From assembly GCF_009914755.1 (NCBI RefSeq), contig NC_060948.1: a stretch of DNA of 64,000 nt. The stretch is one strand, 5' to 3'. Position 1 is the first letter of the stretch, and each line of letters opens with the position of its first letter. This DNA comes from the human T2T-CHM13v2.0 reference genome, Homo sapiens. Below the pieces are notes generated by a model that saw only the letters and a program-made list of their open reading frames with translations, searched no databases and was not told where the DNA came from. Position numbers and translations under genes: made by a program. Shown piece by piece: positions 28,638-42,300 of this stretch.

Positions 28638-31600
28638 AATTGATGTGAATGGAACGGAATGGAATGGAATCCAAAGGAATGGAATAGAATGGAATGGAAT
28701 CGAATGGAAAGGACTCGAATGGAAATCACTCGAATAGAATGCAATTTAATAAAATAGGATCAAATGTAATGGAATGGAATGGAAAGGAATCGAAACGAAA
28801 GGAATGGAGACAGATGGAATGGAATGGAACAGAGAGCAATGGTATAGAATGGAATGGAATCATCTGGAATGGAATTGAATGGAATGGAATAATATGAAAT
28901 GGAATGGAATGGAATGGAATGGAATGCCCTTGAATTGAATGGACTGGAATAGAATGGACTCAAACAGAGTGGAATGGAAAGTGTGGAGATAGAATGGAAT
29001 GAACTCCTTTGGAATGGTGTAGTATGCAATGCAATCGACTGGCAGGGAATCAAAAGGTATGTAATCGAAAGGATTGGACTGGAATGCAAAGGACTCGAAT
29101 AGATTGGAAACGGAATGCAAAGGAATGGAATGGAATAGTATGGAATGCAATGGAAGGGAATGGAGTGGAATAGACTAGAGTGGAATGGAATGGACTGGAA
29201 AGCAATGGACTGGAATGGAACTTTCTTGGATGGACTGGAATCAAACGGAATGGAATGCAGTGCAATCAAATGGCATGGAATAAAATAGAATGAAAGAGAA
29301 TCAAATGGAATTGAATCGAATGGAATCGAATGGATTGGAAAGGAATAGAATGGAATGGAATGGAATGGACTCAAATGGAATGGACTAGAATGGAATGGAT
29401 TCGAATGGAAGGCAAAGGAATGGAATCTATTGGAATGGACTGTAATGGAATGGAATGGAAGGGATTGGAATGGACTCGAATGGAATGGACTGCAATAGAA
29501 AGGATTCGAATGGAATGAAAAAGAATTGAATGGAATAGAACAGAATGGAATCAAATCGAATGAAATGGAATGGAATAGAAAGGAATGGAATGAAATGGAA
29601 TGGAAAGGATTCGAATGGAATGCAATCGAATGGAATGGAATCGAACGGAATGGAATAAAATGGAAGAAAACTGGCAAGAAATGGAATCGAAATGAATGGA
29701 GTGTTATGGAACGGACTCAAAAGGAATTGAATGTAATAGAATGGAGTGGAGTGGACTCGAATATAATGGACTGGAATGGAATGAAATCACATGGAATGGG
29801 AACGAATGGAATGGAATGGAAAGGAATGGAATCGAATGGAAAGGAATCGAATGGAAGGGAATGAAATTGAATCAACACGAATGGAAGGGAATAGAATAGA
29901 CTGTAATGGAATGGACTCGAATAGAATGGACACGAATGCTCAAATTAAATGGACTCGAATGGAATGGAAACGAAAGGAATGTCATCGAATGGAATTGAAT
30001 CGATTGGAATGAAATCGCATAGAATGGAGTGGAATCAAATGGAATTGAATCGAAAGGAAAGGAAGCGAATGGACTGAAATGAAATGGAATGGAATTGAAT
30101 GGAAAGTAATGCAATGGAATAGAATGGAACGAAATTTCACGGAATGGAATCAAACTGAATGGAATCAAATCAATGGAATCAAATCAAATGGAATGGAAAG
30201 GAATTGAATGGAGTAGATGGGATTGGATGGGATTGGAATGAAATGTACTGGAAAGGACTCGAATTTCATGAAACGGAATGGAATGAATTGGAACGGAATG
30301 GACTCGAATGGAATGGAATGTCATGGGATGGCATCAAATGGAATGGCATCAAATGGAATGGAATCGAATGCAATGGAATGCTATAGAATGGAATGGAATG
30401 CATTGGAATGGAATGTCCTCTAATGGAGTGGATTCGAGTGGAATGGAATTGAATATAATGGAGTCGAATGAAATGGAATTGAAAGGAATGGGATCGAATA
30501 CAATGGAATATACAGGAATGTAACGTAATGAACTCGAATGTAATTGACTGGAATGGAATGTACATGAATGGAATGTAATCGAATGGAAAGTAATCCAATG
30601 GAATAGAATCTAATGCAATAAAATCGACTCAGATAGAGTAGAATGTAATGGAATGGAGTGCAGTGCAATGGAATGGAATGGAATGGAATGCAATGGAATG
30701 GAATGGAATGGAATGGAATGGAATGGAATGGAATGGAATGGAATGGGATGGAATGGTATGGAATGGATAGTAATGGACTGGAGTGAAATGGACTGGAAAG
30801 GAATGGACTCAAATTGAAAGGGCTCGAAAGGAATGGAGTCAAATGGAATGGTCTGGAATGGAATGAACACGAATGTAATGCAACCCAATAGAATGGAATC
30901 GAATGGCATGGAATATAAAGAAATGGAATCGAAGAGAATGGAAACAAATGGAATGGAATTGAATGGAATGGAATTGAATGGAATGGGAACGAATGGAGTG
31001 AAATTGTATGCAGTAGAAGAGAATAGAATGGAATGCAAGCGAAAGGAAAGGAATGGATTGGAATGGAATGGAATTCATTGGAATGGAAGGGAATGTAGTG
31101 TAATGGACAGGCCTGGAATAAAGTGGAATGCTACGGTCTCGAATGGAATAAAAATGTATGGAATGGAATGCAATGAAACGGAATCGAATGTCATAGAATG
31201 TAATGGAATGCAAAAAAATGGAATCCAAAATCATTGACTGGAAAGGCTGGGTGTCGAAAGGAATTGACTCCAATGGAATGGAATCGAATGGAATGGAAGT
31301 GAATAGAATCGAACTAAATCGAATGGAATGGAATTGATAGGAACGGAATGGAAAGGAATGCAATGATTTGGCATGGAATGGAATCGAATGGCATCGAATG
31401 GAATGGAATGGAATGCAATGGAATGGAATGTATTAGAATGTAATGAACTTTAATGGAATGTACTCGAATGGATTCGACTGGAATGGAATGTTCTGGAAGT
31501 GAATGGACTCCAATGGAATGGATTCAAAAGGAATGGAATCGTACGGAATGGAATCTAATGGAATGGAATTAAATGGAAATGAATCAAATTGAATAGCACG

Positions 31601-32226
31601 GAATTGAATTGAATGGAATCGAATGCAATGGAATCTAATGAAACGGAAAGGAAAGGAATGGAATGGAATGGAATGGGCTGGAATGGAAAGGAATCGAAAC
31701 GAATGGAATGGAATCGAACTGAAGAGACTGGAATGGAATGCACTGGAATGGAAGGGAGTGTAATGGAAGGTTCTCGAAAAAAATGGAATCGAATGGAATG
31801 GAATTGAATGGAACGGAATAGAGTCGAATGGAATTGAATGGAATGGAATGGACTAGAGTGAAATGGAATCGAACCACAAGGAATGGACAGGAATAGAATG
31901 GTCTCGAATTGAATGGAATCGTATGGAATGGCATCAAACGGAATGGAATGGACAGCCACGGAATGGAATGCACTCGAATGCAATGGAGTCGAAACTAATG
32001 GACTGGAATAGAATGGACTCGACTGGTACGGACTCCAATGGAATGGAATCGAATGGAAGGGAATCGAACGGAATGGAATCGAACGGAATGGACTCGAAGG
32101 GAAAAGACTGCAATGGAAAGGTCTCGAATGGAATGGAAATTAATGGAATGGAATGGAATCGAATGAAATGGAGTCAAAAGGAATGGAATCGAATGGCAAG
32201 AAATCGAATGTAATGGAATCGCCAGG
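28638..32226 (+). repeat. Repeat unit U9 (3589 bp, longest)
   Basis: Anchor spacing 3589; n=10; U4/U6-like haplotype. Confidence 0.92.
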
Positions 32227-35200
32227 AATTGATGTGAACGGAACGGAATGGAATGGAATCCAAAGGAATGGAATAGAATGGAATGGAATCGAATGGAAAG
32301 GACTCGAATGGAAATCACTCGAATAGAATGCAATTTAATAAAATAGGATCAAATGTAATGGAATGGAATGGAAAGGAATCGAAACGAAAGGAATGGAGAC
32401 AGATGGAATGGAATGGAACAGAGAGCAATGGTATAGAATGGAATGGAATCATCTGGAATGGAATTGAATGGAATGGAATAATATGAAATGGAATGGAATG
32501 GAATGGAATGGAATGCCCTTGAATTAAATGGACTGGAATGGAATGGACTCAAACAGAGTGGAATGGAAAGTGTGGAGATAGAATGGAATGAACTCCTTTG
32601 GAATGGTGTAGTATGCAATGCAATCGACTGGCAGGGAATCAAAAGGAATGTAATCGAATGGATTGGACTGGAATGCAATGGACTCGAATAGATTGGAAAC
32701 GGAATGCAAAGGAATGGAATGGAATAGTATGGAATGCAATGGAAGGGAATGGAGTGGAATAGACTAGAGTGGAATGGAAAGGACTGGAAAGCAATGGACT
32801 GGAATGGAACTTTCTTGGATGGACTGGAATCAAACGGAATGGAATGCAATGCAATCAAATGGCATGGAATAAAATAGAATGAAAGAGAATCAAATGGAAT
32901 TGAATCGAATGGAATCGAATGGATTGGAAAGGAATAGAATGGAATGGAATGGAATGGACTCAAATGGAATGTACTAGAATGGAATGGATTCGAATGGAAG
33001 GCAAAGGAATGGAATCTATTGGAATGGACTGTAATGGAATGGAATGGAAGGGATTGGAATGGACTCGAATGGAATGGACTGCAATAGAAAGGATTCGAAT
33101 GGAATGAAAAAGAATTGAATGGAATAGAACAGAATGGAATCAAATCGAATGAAATGGAATGGAATAGAAAGGAATGGAATGAAATGGAATGGAAAGGATT
33201 CGAATGGAATGCAATCGAATGGAATGGAATCGAACGGAATGGAATAAAATGGAAGAAAACTGGCAAGAAATGGAATCGAAATGAATGGAGTGTTATGGAA
33301 CGGACTCAAAAGGAATTGAATGTAATAGAATGGAGTGGAGTGGACTCGAATATAATGGACTGGAATGGAATGAAATCACATGGAATGGGAACGAATGGAA
33401 TGGAATGGAAAGGAATGGAATCGAATGGAAAGGAATCGAATGGAAGGGAATGAAATTGAATCAACACGAATGGAAGGGAATAGAATAGACTGTAATGGAA
33501 TGGACTCGAATAGAATGGACACGAATGCTCAAATTAAATGGACTCGAATGGAATGGAAACGAAAGGAATGTCATCGAATGGAATTGAATCGATTGGAATG
33601 AAATCGCATAGAATGGAGTGGAATCAAATGGAATTGAATCGAAAGGAAAGGAAGCGAATGGACTGAAATGAAATGGAATGGAATTGAATGGAAAGTAATG
33701 CAATGGAATAGAATGGAACGAAATTTCACGGAATGGAATCAAACTGAATGGAATCAAATCAATGGAATCAAATCAAATGGAATGGAAAGGAATTGAATGG
33801 AGTAGATGGGATTGGATGGGATTGGAATGAAATGTACTGGAAAGGACTCGAATTTCATGAAACGGAATGGAATGAATTGGAACGGAATGGACTCGAATGG
33901 AATGGAATGTCATGGGATGGCATCAAATGGAATGACATCAAATGGAATGGAATCGAATGCAATGGAATGCTATGGAATGGAATGGAATGCATTGGAATGG
34001 AATGTCCGCTAATGGAATGGATTCGAGTGGAATGGAATTGAATATAATGGAGTCGAATGAAATGGAATTGAAAGGAATGGGATCGAATACAATGGAATAT
34101 ACTGGAATGTAACGTAATGAACTCGAATGTAATTGACTGGAATGGAATGTACATGAATGGAATGTAATCGAATGGAAAGTAATCCAATGGAATAGAATCT
34201 AATGCAATAAAATCGACTCAGATAGAGTAGAATGTAATGGAATGGAGTGCAGTGCAATGGAATGGAATGGAATGGAATGCAATGGAATGGAATGGAATGG
34301 AATGGAATGGAATGGAATGGAATGGAATGGGATGGAATGGTATGGAATGGATAGTAATGGACTGGAGTGAAATGGACTGGAAAGGAATGGACTCAAATTG
34401 AAAGGGCTCGAAAGGAATGGAGTCAAATGGAATGGTCTGGAATGGAATGAACACGAATGTAATGCAACCCAATAGAATGGAATCGAATGGCATGGAATAT
34501 AAAGAAATGGAATCGAAGAGAATGGAAACAAATGGAATGGAATTGAATGGAATGGAATTGAATGGAATGGGAACGAATGGAGTGAAATTGTATGCAGTAG
34601 AAGAGAATAGAATGGAATGCAAGCGAAAGGAAAGGAATGGATTGGAATGGAATGGAATTCATTGGAATGGAAGGGAATGTAGTGTAATGGACAGGCCTGG
34701 AATAAAGTGGAATGCTACGGTCTCGAATGGAATAAAAATGTATGGAATGGAATGCAATGAAACGGAATCGAATGTCATAGAATGTAATGGAATGCAAAAA
34801 AATGGAATCCAAAATCATTGACTGGAAAGGCTGGGTGTCGAAAGGAATTGACTCCAATGGAATGGAATCGAATGGAATGGAAGTGAATAGAATCGAACTA
34901 AATCGAATGGAATGGAATTGATAGGAACGGAATGGAAAGGAATGCAATGATTTGGCATGGAATGGAATCGAATGGCATCGAATGGAATGGAATGGAATGC
35001 AATGGAATGGAATGTATTAGAATGTAATGAACTTTAATGGAATGTACTCGAATGGATTCGACTGGAATGGAATGTTCTGGAAGTGAATGGACTCCAATGG
35101 AATGGATTCAAAAGGAATGGAATCGTACGGAATGGAATCTAATGGAATGGAATTAAATGGAAATGAATCAAATTGAATAGCACGGAATTGAATTGAATGG

Positions 35201-35810
35201 AATGGAATGCAATGGAATCTAATGAAACGGAAAGGAAAGGAATGGAATGGAATGGAATGGGCTGGAATGGAAAGGAATCGAAACGAATGGAATGGAATCG
35301 AACTGAAGAGACTGGAATGGAATGCACTGGAATGGAAGGGAGTGTAATGGAAGGTTCTCGAAAAAAATGGAATCGAATGGAATGGAATTGAATGGAACGG
35401 AATAGAGTCGAATGGAATTGAATGGAATGGAATGGACTAGAGTGAAATGGAATCGAACCACAAGGAATGGACAGGAATAGAATGGTCTCGAATTGAATGG
35501 AATCGTATGGAATGGCATCAAACGGAATGGAATGGACAGCCACGGAATGGAATGCACTCGAATGCAATGGAGTCGAAACTAATGGACTGGAATAGAATGG
35601 ACTCGACTGGTACGGACTCCAATGGAATGGAATCGAATGGAAGGGAATCGAACGGAATGGAATCGAACGGAATGGACTCGAAGGGAAAAGACTGCAATGG
35701 AAAGGTCTCGAATGGAATGGAAATTAATGGAATGGAATGGAATCGAATGAAATGGAGTCAAAAGGAATGGAATCGAATGGCAAGAAATCGAATGTAATGG
35801 AATCGCCAGG
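32227..35810 (+). repeat. Repeat unit U10 (3584 bp)
   Basis: Anchor spacing 3584; n=9; GTACTAGA at 32972, as in U5. Confidence 0.92.
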
Positions 35811-38800
35811 AATTGATGTGAACGGAACGGAATGGAATGGAATCCAAAGGAATGGAATAGAATGGAATGGAATCGAATGGAAAGGACTCGAATGGAAATC
35901 ACTCGAATAGAATGCAATTTAATAAAATAGGATCAAATGTAATGGAATGGAATGGAAAGGAATCGAAACGAAAGGAATGGAGACAGATGGAATGGAATGG
36001 AACAGAGAGCAATGGTATAGAATGGAATGGAATCATCTGGAATGGAATTGAATGGAATGGAATAATATGAAATGGAATGGAATGGAATGGAATGGAATGC
36101 CCTTGAATTAAATGGACTGGAATGGAATGGACTCAAACAGAGTGGAATGGAAAGTGTGGAGATAGAATGGAATGAACTCCTTTGGAATGGTGTAGTATGC
36201 AATGCAATCGACTGGCAGGGAATCAAAAGGAATGTAATCGAATGGATTGGACTGGAATGCAATGGACTCGAATAGATTGGAAACGGAATGCAAAGGAATG
36301 GAATGGAATAGTATGGAATGCAATGGAAGGGAATGGAGTGGAATAGACTAGAGTGGAATGGAATGGACTGGAAAGCAATGGACTGGAATGGAACTTTCTT
36401 GGATGGACTGGAATCAAACGGAATGGAATGCAGTGCAATCAAATGGCATGGAATAAAATAGAATGAAAGAGAATCAAATGGAATTGAATCGAATGGAATC
36501 GAATGGATTGGAAAGGAATAGAATGGAATGGAATGGAATTGACTCAAATGGAATGGACTAGAATGGAATGGATTCGAATGGAAGGCAAAGGAATGGAATC
36601 TATTGGAATGGACTGTAATGGAATGGAATGGAAGGGATTGGAATGGACTCGAATGGAATGGACTGCAATAGAAAGGATTCGAATGGAATGAAAAAGAATT
36701 GAATGGAATAGAACAGAATGGAATCAAATCGAATGAAATGGAATGGAATAGAAAGGAATGGAATGAAATGGAATGGAAAGGATTCGAATGGAATGCAATC
36801 GAATGGAATGGAATCGAACGGAATGGAATAAAATGGAAGAAAACTGGCAAGAAATGGAATCGAAATGAATGGAGTGTTATGGAACGGACTCAAAAGGAAT
36901 TGAATGTAATAGAATGGAGTGGAGTGGACTCGAATATAATGGACTGGAATGGAATGAAATCACATGGAATGGGAACGAATGGAATGTAATGGAAAGGAAT
37001 GGAATCGAATGGAAAGGAATCGAATGGAAGGGAATGAAATTGAATCAACAGGAATGGAAGGGAATAGAATAGACTGTAATGGAATGGACTCGAATAGAAT
37101 GGACACGAATGCTCAAATTAAATGGACTCGAATGGAATGGAAACGAAAGGAATGTCATCGAATGGAATTGAATCGATTGGAATGAAATCGCATAGAATGG
37201 AGTGGAATCAAATGGAATTGAATCGAAAGGAAAGGAAGCGAATGGACTGAAATGAAATGGAATGGAATTGAATGGAAAGTAATGCAATGGAATAGAATGG
37301 AACGAAATTTCACGGAATGGAATCAAACTGAATGGAATCAAATCAATGGAATCAAATCAAATGGAATGGAAAGGAATTGAATGGAGTAGATGGGATTGGA
37401 TGGGATTGGAATGAAATGTACTGGAAAGGACTCGAATTTCATGAAACGGAATGGAATGAATTGGAACGGAATTGACTCGAATGGAATGGAATGTCATGGG
37501 ATGGCATCAAATGGAATGACATCAAATGGAATGGAATCGAATGCAATGGAATGCTATGGAATGGAATGGAATGCATTGGAATGGAATGTCCGCTAATGGA
37601 ATGGATTCGAGTGGAATGGAATTGAATATAATGGAGTCGAATGAAATGGAATTGAAAGGAATGGGATCGAATACAATGGAATATACTGGAATGTAACGTA
37701 ATGAACTGGAATGTAATTGACTGGAATGGAATGTACATGAATGGAATGTAATCGAATGGAAAGTAATCCAATGGAATAGAATCTTATGCAATAAAATCGA
37801 CTCAGATAGAGTAGAATGTAATGGAATGGAGTGCAGTGCAATGGAATGGAATGGAATGGAATGCAATGGAATGGAATGGAATGGAATGGAATGGAATGGA
37901 ATGGGATGGAATGGTATGGAATGGATAGTAATGGACTGGAGTGAAATGGACTGGAAAGGAATGGACTCAAATTGAAAGGGCTCGAAAGGAATGGAGTCAA
38001 ATGGAATGGTCTGGAATGGAATGAACACGAATGTAATGCAACCCAATAGAATGGAATCGAATGGCATGGAATATAAAGAAATGGAATCGAAGAGAATGGA
38101 AACAAATGGAATGGAATTGAATGGAATGGAATTGAATGGAATGGGAACGAATGGAGTGAAATTGTATGCAGTAGAAGAGAATAGAATGGAATGCAAGCGA
38201 AAGGAAAGGAATGGATTGGAATGGAATGGAATTCATTGGAATGGAAGGGAATGTAGTGTAATGGACAGGCCTGGAATAAAGTGGAATGCTACGGTCTCGA
38301 ATGGAATAAAAATGTATGGAATGGAATGCAATGAAACGGAATCGAATGTCATAGAATGTAATGGAATGCAAAAAAATGGAATCCAAAATCATTGACTGGA
38401 AAGGCTGGGTGTCGAAAGGAATTGACTCCAATGGAATGGAATCGAATGGAATGGAAGTGAATAGAATCGAACTAAATCGAATGGAATGGAATTGATAGGA
38501 ACGGAATGGAAAGGAATGCAATGATTTGGCATGGAATGGAATCGAATGGCATCGAATGGAATGGAATGGAATGCAATGGAATGGAATGTATTAGAATGTA
38601 ATGAACTTTAATGGAATGTACTCGAATGGATTCGACTGGAATGGAATGTTCTGGAAGTGAATGGACTCCAATGGAATGGATTCAAAAGGAATGGAATCGT
38701 ACGGAATGGAATCTAATGGAATGGAATTAAATGGAAATGAATCAAATTGAATAGCACGGAATTGAATTGAATGGAATGGAATGCAATGGAATCTAATGAA

Positions 38801-39384
38801 ACGGAAAGGAAAGGAATGGAATGGAATGGAATGGGCTGGAATGGAAAGGAATCGAAACGAATGGAATGGAATCGAAGTGAAGAGACTGGAATGGAATGCA
38901 CTGGAATGGAAGGGAGTGTAATGGAAGGTTCTCGAAAAAAATGGAATCGAATGGAATGGAATTGAATGGAACGGAATAGAGTCGAATGGAATTGAATGGA
39001 ATGGAATGGACTAGAGTGAAATGGAATCGAACCACAAGGAATGGACAGGAATAGAATGGTCTCGAATTGAATGGAATCGTATGGAATGGCATCAAACGGA
39101 ATGGAATGGACAGCCACGGAATGGAATGCACTCGAATGCAATGGAGTCGAAACTAATGGACTGGAATAGAATGGACTCGACTGGTACGGACTCCAATGGA
39201 ATGGAATCGAATGGAAGGGAATCGAACGGAATGGAATCGAACGGAATGGACTCGAAGGGAAAAGACTGCAATGGAAAGGTCTCGAATGGAATGGAAATTA
39301 ATGGAATGGAATGGAATCGAATGAAATGGAGTCAAAAGGAATGGAATCGAATGGCAAGAAATCGAATGTAATGGAATCGCCAGG
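35811..39384 (+). repeat. Repeat unit U11 (3574 bp)
   Basis: Anchor spacing 3574; n=7; CAACAGG and CGGAATTGACT alleles. Confidence 0.92.
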
Positions 39385-42300
39385 AATTGATGTGAACGGA
39401 ACGGAATGGAATGGAATCCAAAGGAATGGAATAGAATGGAATGGAATCGAATGGAAAGGACTCGAATGGAAATCACTCGAATAGAATGCAATTTAATAAA
39501 ATAGGATCAAATGTAATGGAATGGAATGGAAAGGAATCGAAACGAAAGGAATGGAGACAGATGGAATGGAATGGAACAGAGAGCAATGGTATAGAATGGA
39601 ATGGAATCATCTGGAATGGAATTGAATGGAATGGAATAATATGAAATGGAATGGAATGGAATGGAATGGAATGCCCTTGAATTAAATGGACTGGAATGGA
39701 ATGGACTCAAACAGAGTGGAATGGAAAGTGTGGAGATAGAATGGAATGAACTCCTTTGGAATGGTGTAGTATGCAATGCAATCGACTGGCAGGGAATCAA
39801 AAGGAATGTAATCGAATGGATTGGACTGGAATGCAATGGACTCGAATAGATTGGAAACGGAATGCAAAGGAATGGAATGGAATAGTATGGAATGCAATGG
39901 AAGGGAATGGAGTGGAATAGACTAGAGTGGAATGGAATGGACTGGAAAGCAATGGACTGGAATGGAACTTTCTTGGATGGACTGGAATCAAACGGAATGG
40001 AATGCAGTGCAATCAAATGGCATGGAATAAAATAGAATGAAAGAGAATCAAATGGAATTGAATCGAATGGAATCGAATGGATTGGAAAGGAATAGAATGG
40101 AATGGAATGGAATTGACTCAAATGGAATGGACTAGAATGGAATGGATTCGAATGGAAGGCAAAGGAATGGAATCTATTGGAATGGACTGTAATGGAATGG
40201 AATGGAAGGGATTGGAATGGACTCGAATGGAATGGACTGCAATAGAAAGGATTCGAATGGAATGAAAAAGAATTGAATGGAATAGAACAGAATGGAATGA
40301 AATCGAATGAAATGGAATGGAATAGAAAGGAACGGAATGAAATGGAATGGAAAGGATTCGAATGGAATGCAATCGAATGGAATGGAATCGAACGGAATGG
40401 AATAAAATGGAAGAAAACTGGCAAGAAATGGAATCGAAATGAATGGAGTGTTATGGAACGGACTCAAAAGGAATTGAATGTAATAGAATGGAGTGGAGTG
40501 GACTCGAATATAATGGACTGGAATGGAATGAAATCACATGGAATGGGAACGAATGGAATGGAATGGAAAGGAATGGAATCGAATGGAAAGGAATCGAATG
40601 GAAGGGAATGAAATTGAATCAACAGGAATGGAAGGGAATAGAATAGACTGTAATGGAATGGACTCGAATAGAATGGACACGAATGCTCAAATTAAATGGA
40701 CTCGAATGGAATGGAAACGAAAGGAATGTCATCGAATGGAATTGAATCGATTGGAATGAAATCGCATAGAATGGAGTGGAATCAAATGGAATTGAATCGA
40801 AAGGAAAGGAAGCGAATGGACTGAAATGAAATGGAATGGAATTGAATGGAAAGTAATGCAATGGAATAGAATGGAACGAAATTTCACGGAATGGAATCAA
40901 ACTGAATGGAATCAAATCAATGGAATCAAATCAAATGGAATGGAAAGGAATTGAATGGAGTAGATGGGATTGGATGGGATTGGAATGAAATGTACTGGAA
41001 AGGACTCGAATTTCATGAAACGGAATGGAATGAATTGGAACGGAATTGACTCGAATGGAATGGAATGTCATGGGATGGCATCAAATGGAATGACATCAAA
41101 TGGAATGGAATCGAATGCAATGGAATGCTATGGAATGGAATGGAATGCATTGGAATGGAATGTCCGCTAATGGAATGGATTCGAGTGGAATGGAATTGAA
41201 TATAATGGAGTCGAATGAAATGGAATTGAAAGGAATGGGATCGAATACAATGGAATATACTGGAATGTAACGTAATGAACTCGAATGTAATTGACTGGAA
41301 TGGAATGTACATGAATGGAATGTAATCGAATGGAAAGTAATCCAATGGAATAGAATCTAATGCAATAAAATCGACTCAGATAGAGTAGAATGTAATGGAA
41401 TGGAGTGCAGTGCAATGGAATGGAATGGAATGGAATGCAATGGAATGGAATGGAATGGAATGGAATGGAATGGAATGGGATGGAATGGTATGGAATGGAT
41501 AGTAATGGACTGGAGTGAAATGGACTGGAAAGGAATGGACTCAAATTGAAAGGGCTCGAAAGGAATGGAGTCAAATGGAATGGTCTGGAATGGAATGAAC
41601 ACGAATGTAATGCAACCCAATAGAATGGAATCGAATGGCATGGAATATAAAGAAATGGAATCGAAGAGAATGGAAACAAATGGAATGGAATTGAATGGAA
41701 TGGAATTGAATGGAATGGGAACGAATGGAGTGAAATTGTATGCAGTAGAAGAGAATAGAATGGAATGCAAGCGAAAGGAAAGGAATGGATTGGAATGGAA
41801 TGGAATTCATTGGAATGGAAGGGAATGTAGTGTAATGGACAGGCCTGGAATAAAGTGGAATGCTACGGTCTCGAATGGAATAAAAATGTATGGAATGGAA
41901 TGCAATGAAACGGAATCGAATGTCATAGAATGTAATGGAATGCAAAAAAATGGAATCCAAAATCACTGACTGGAGAGGCTGGGTGTCGAAAGGAATTGAC
42001 TCCAATGGAATGGAATCGAATGGAATGGAAGTGAATAGAATCGAACTAAATCGAATGGAATGGAATTGATAGGAACGGAATGGAAAGGAATGCAATGATT
42101 TGGCATGGAATGGAATCGAATGGCATCGAATGGAATGGAATGGAATGCAATGGAATGGAATGTATTAGAATGTAATGAACTTTAATGGAATGTACTCGAA
42201 TGGATTCGACTGGAATGGAATGTTCTGGAAGTGAATGGACTCCAATGGAATGGATTCAAAAGGAATGGAATCGTACGGAATGGAATCTAATGGAATGGAA

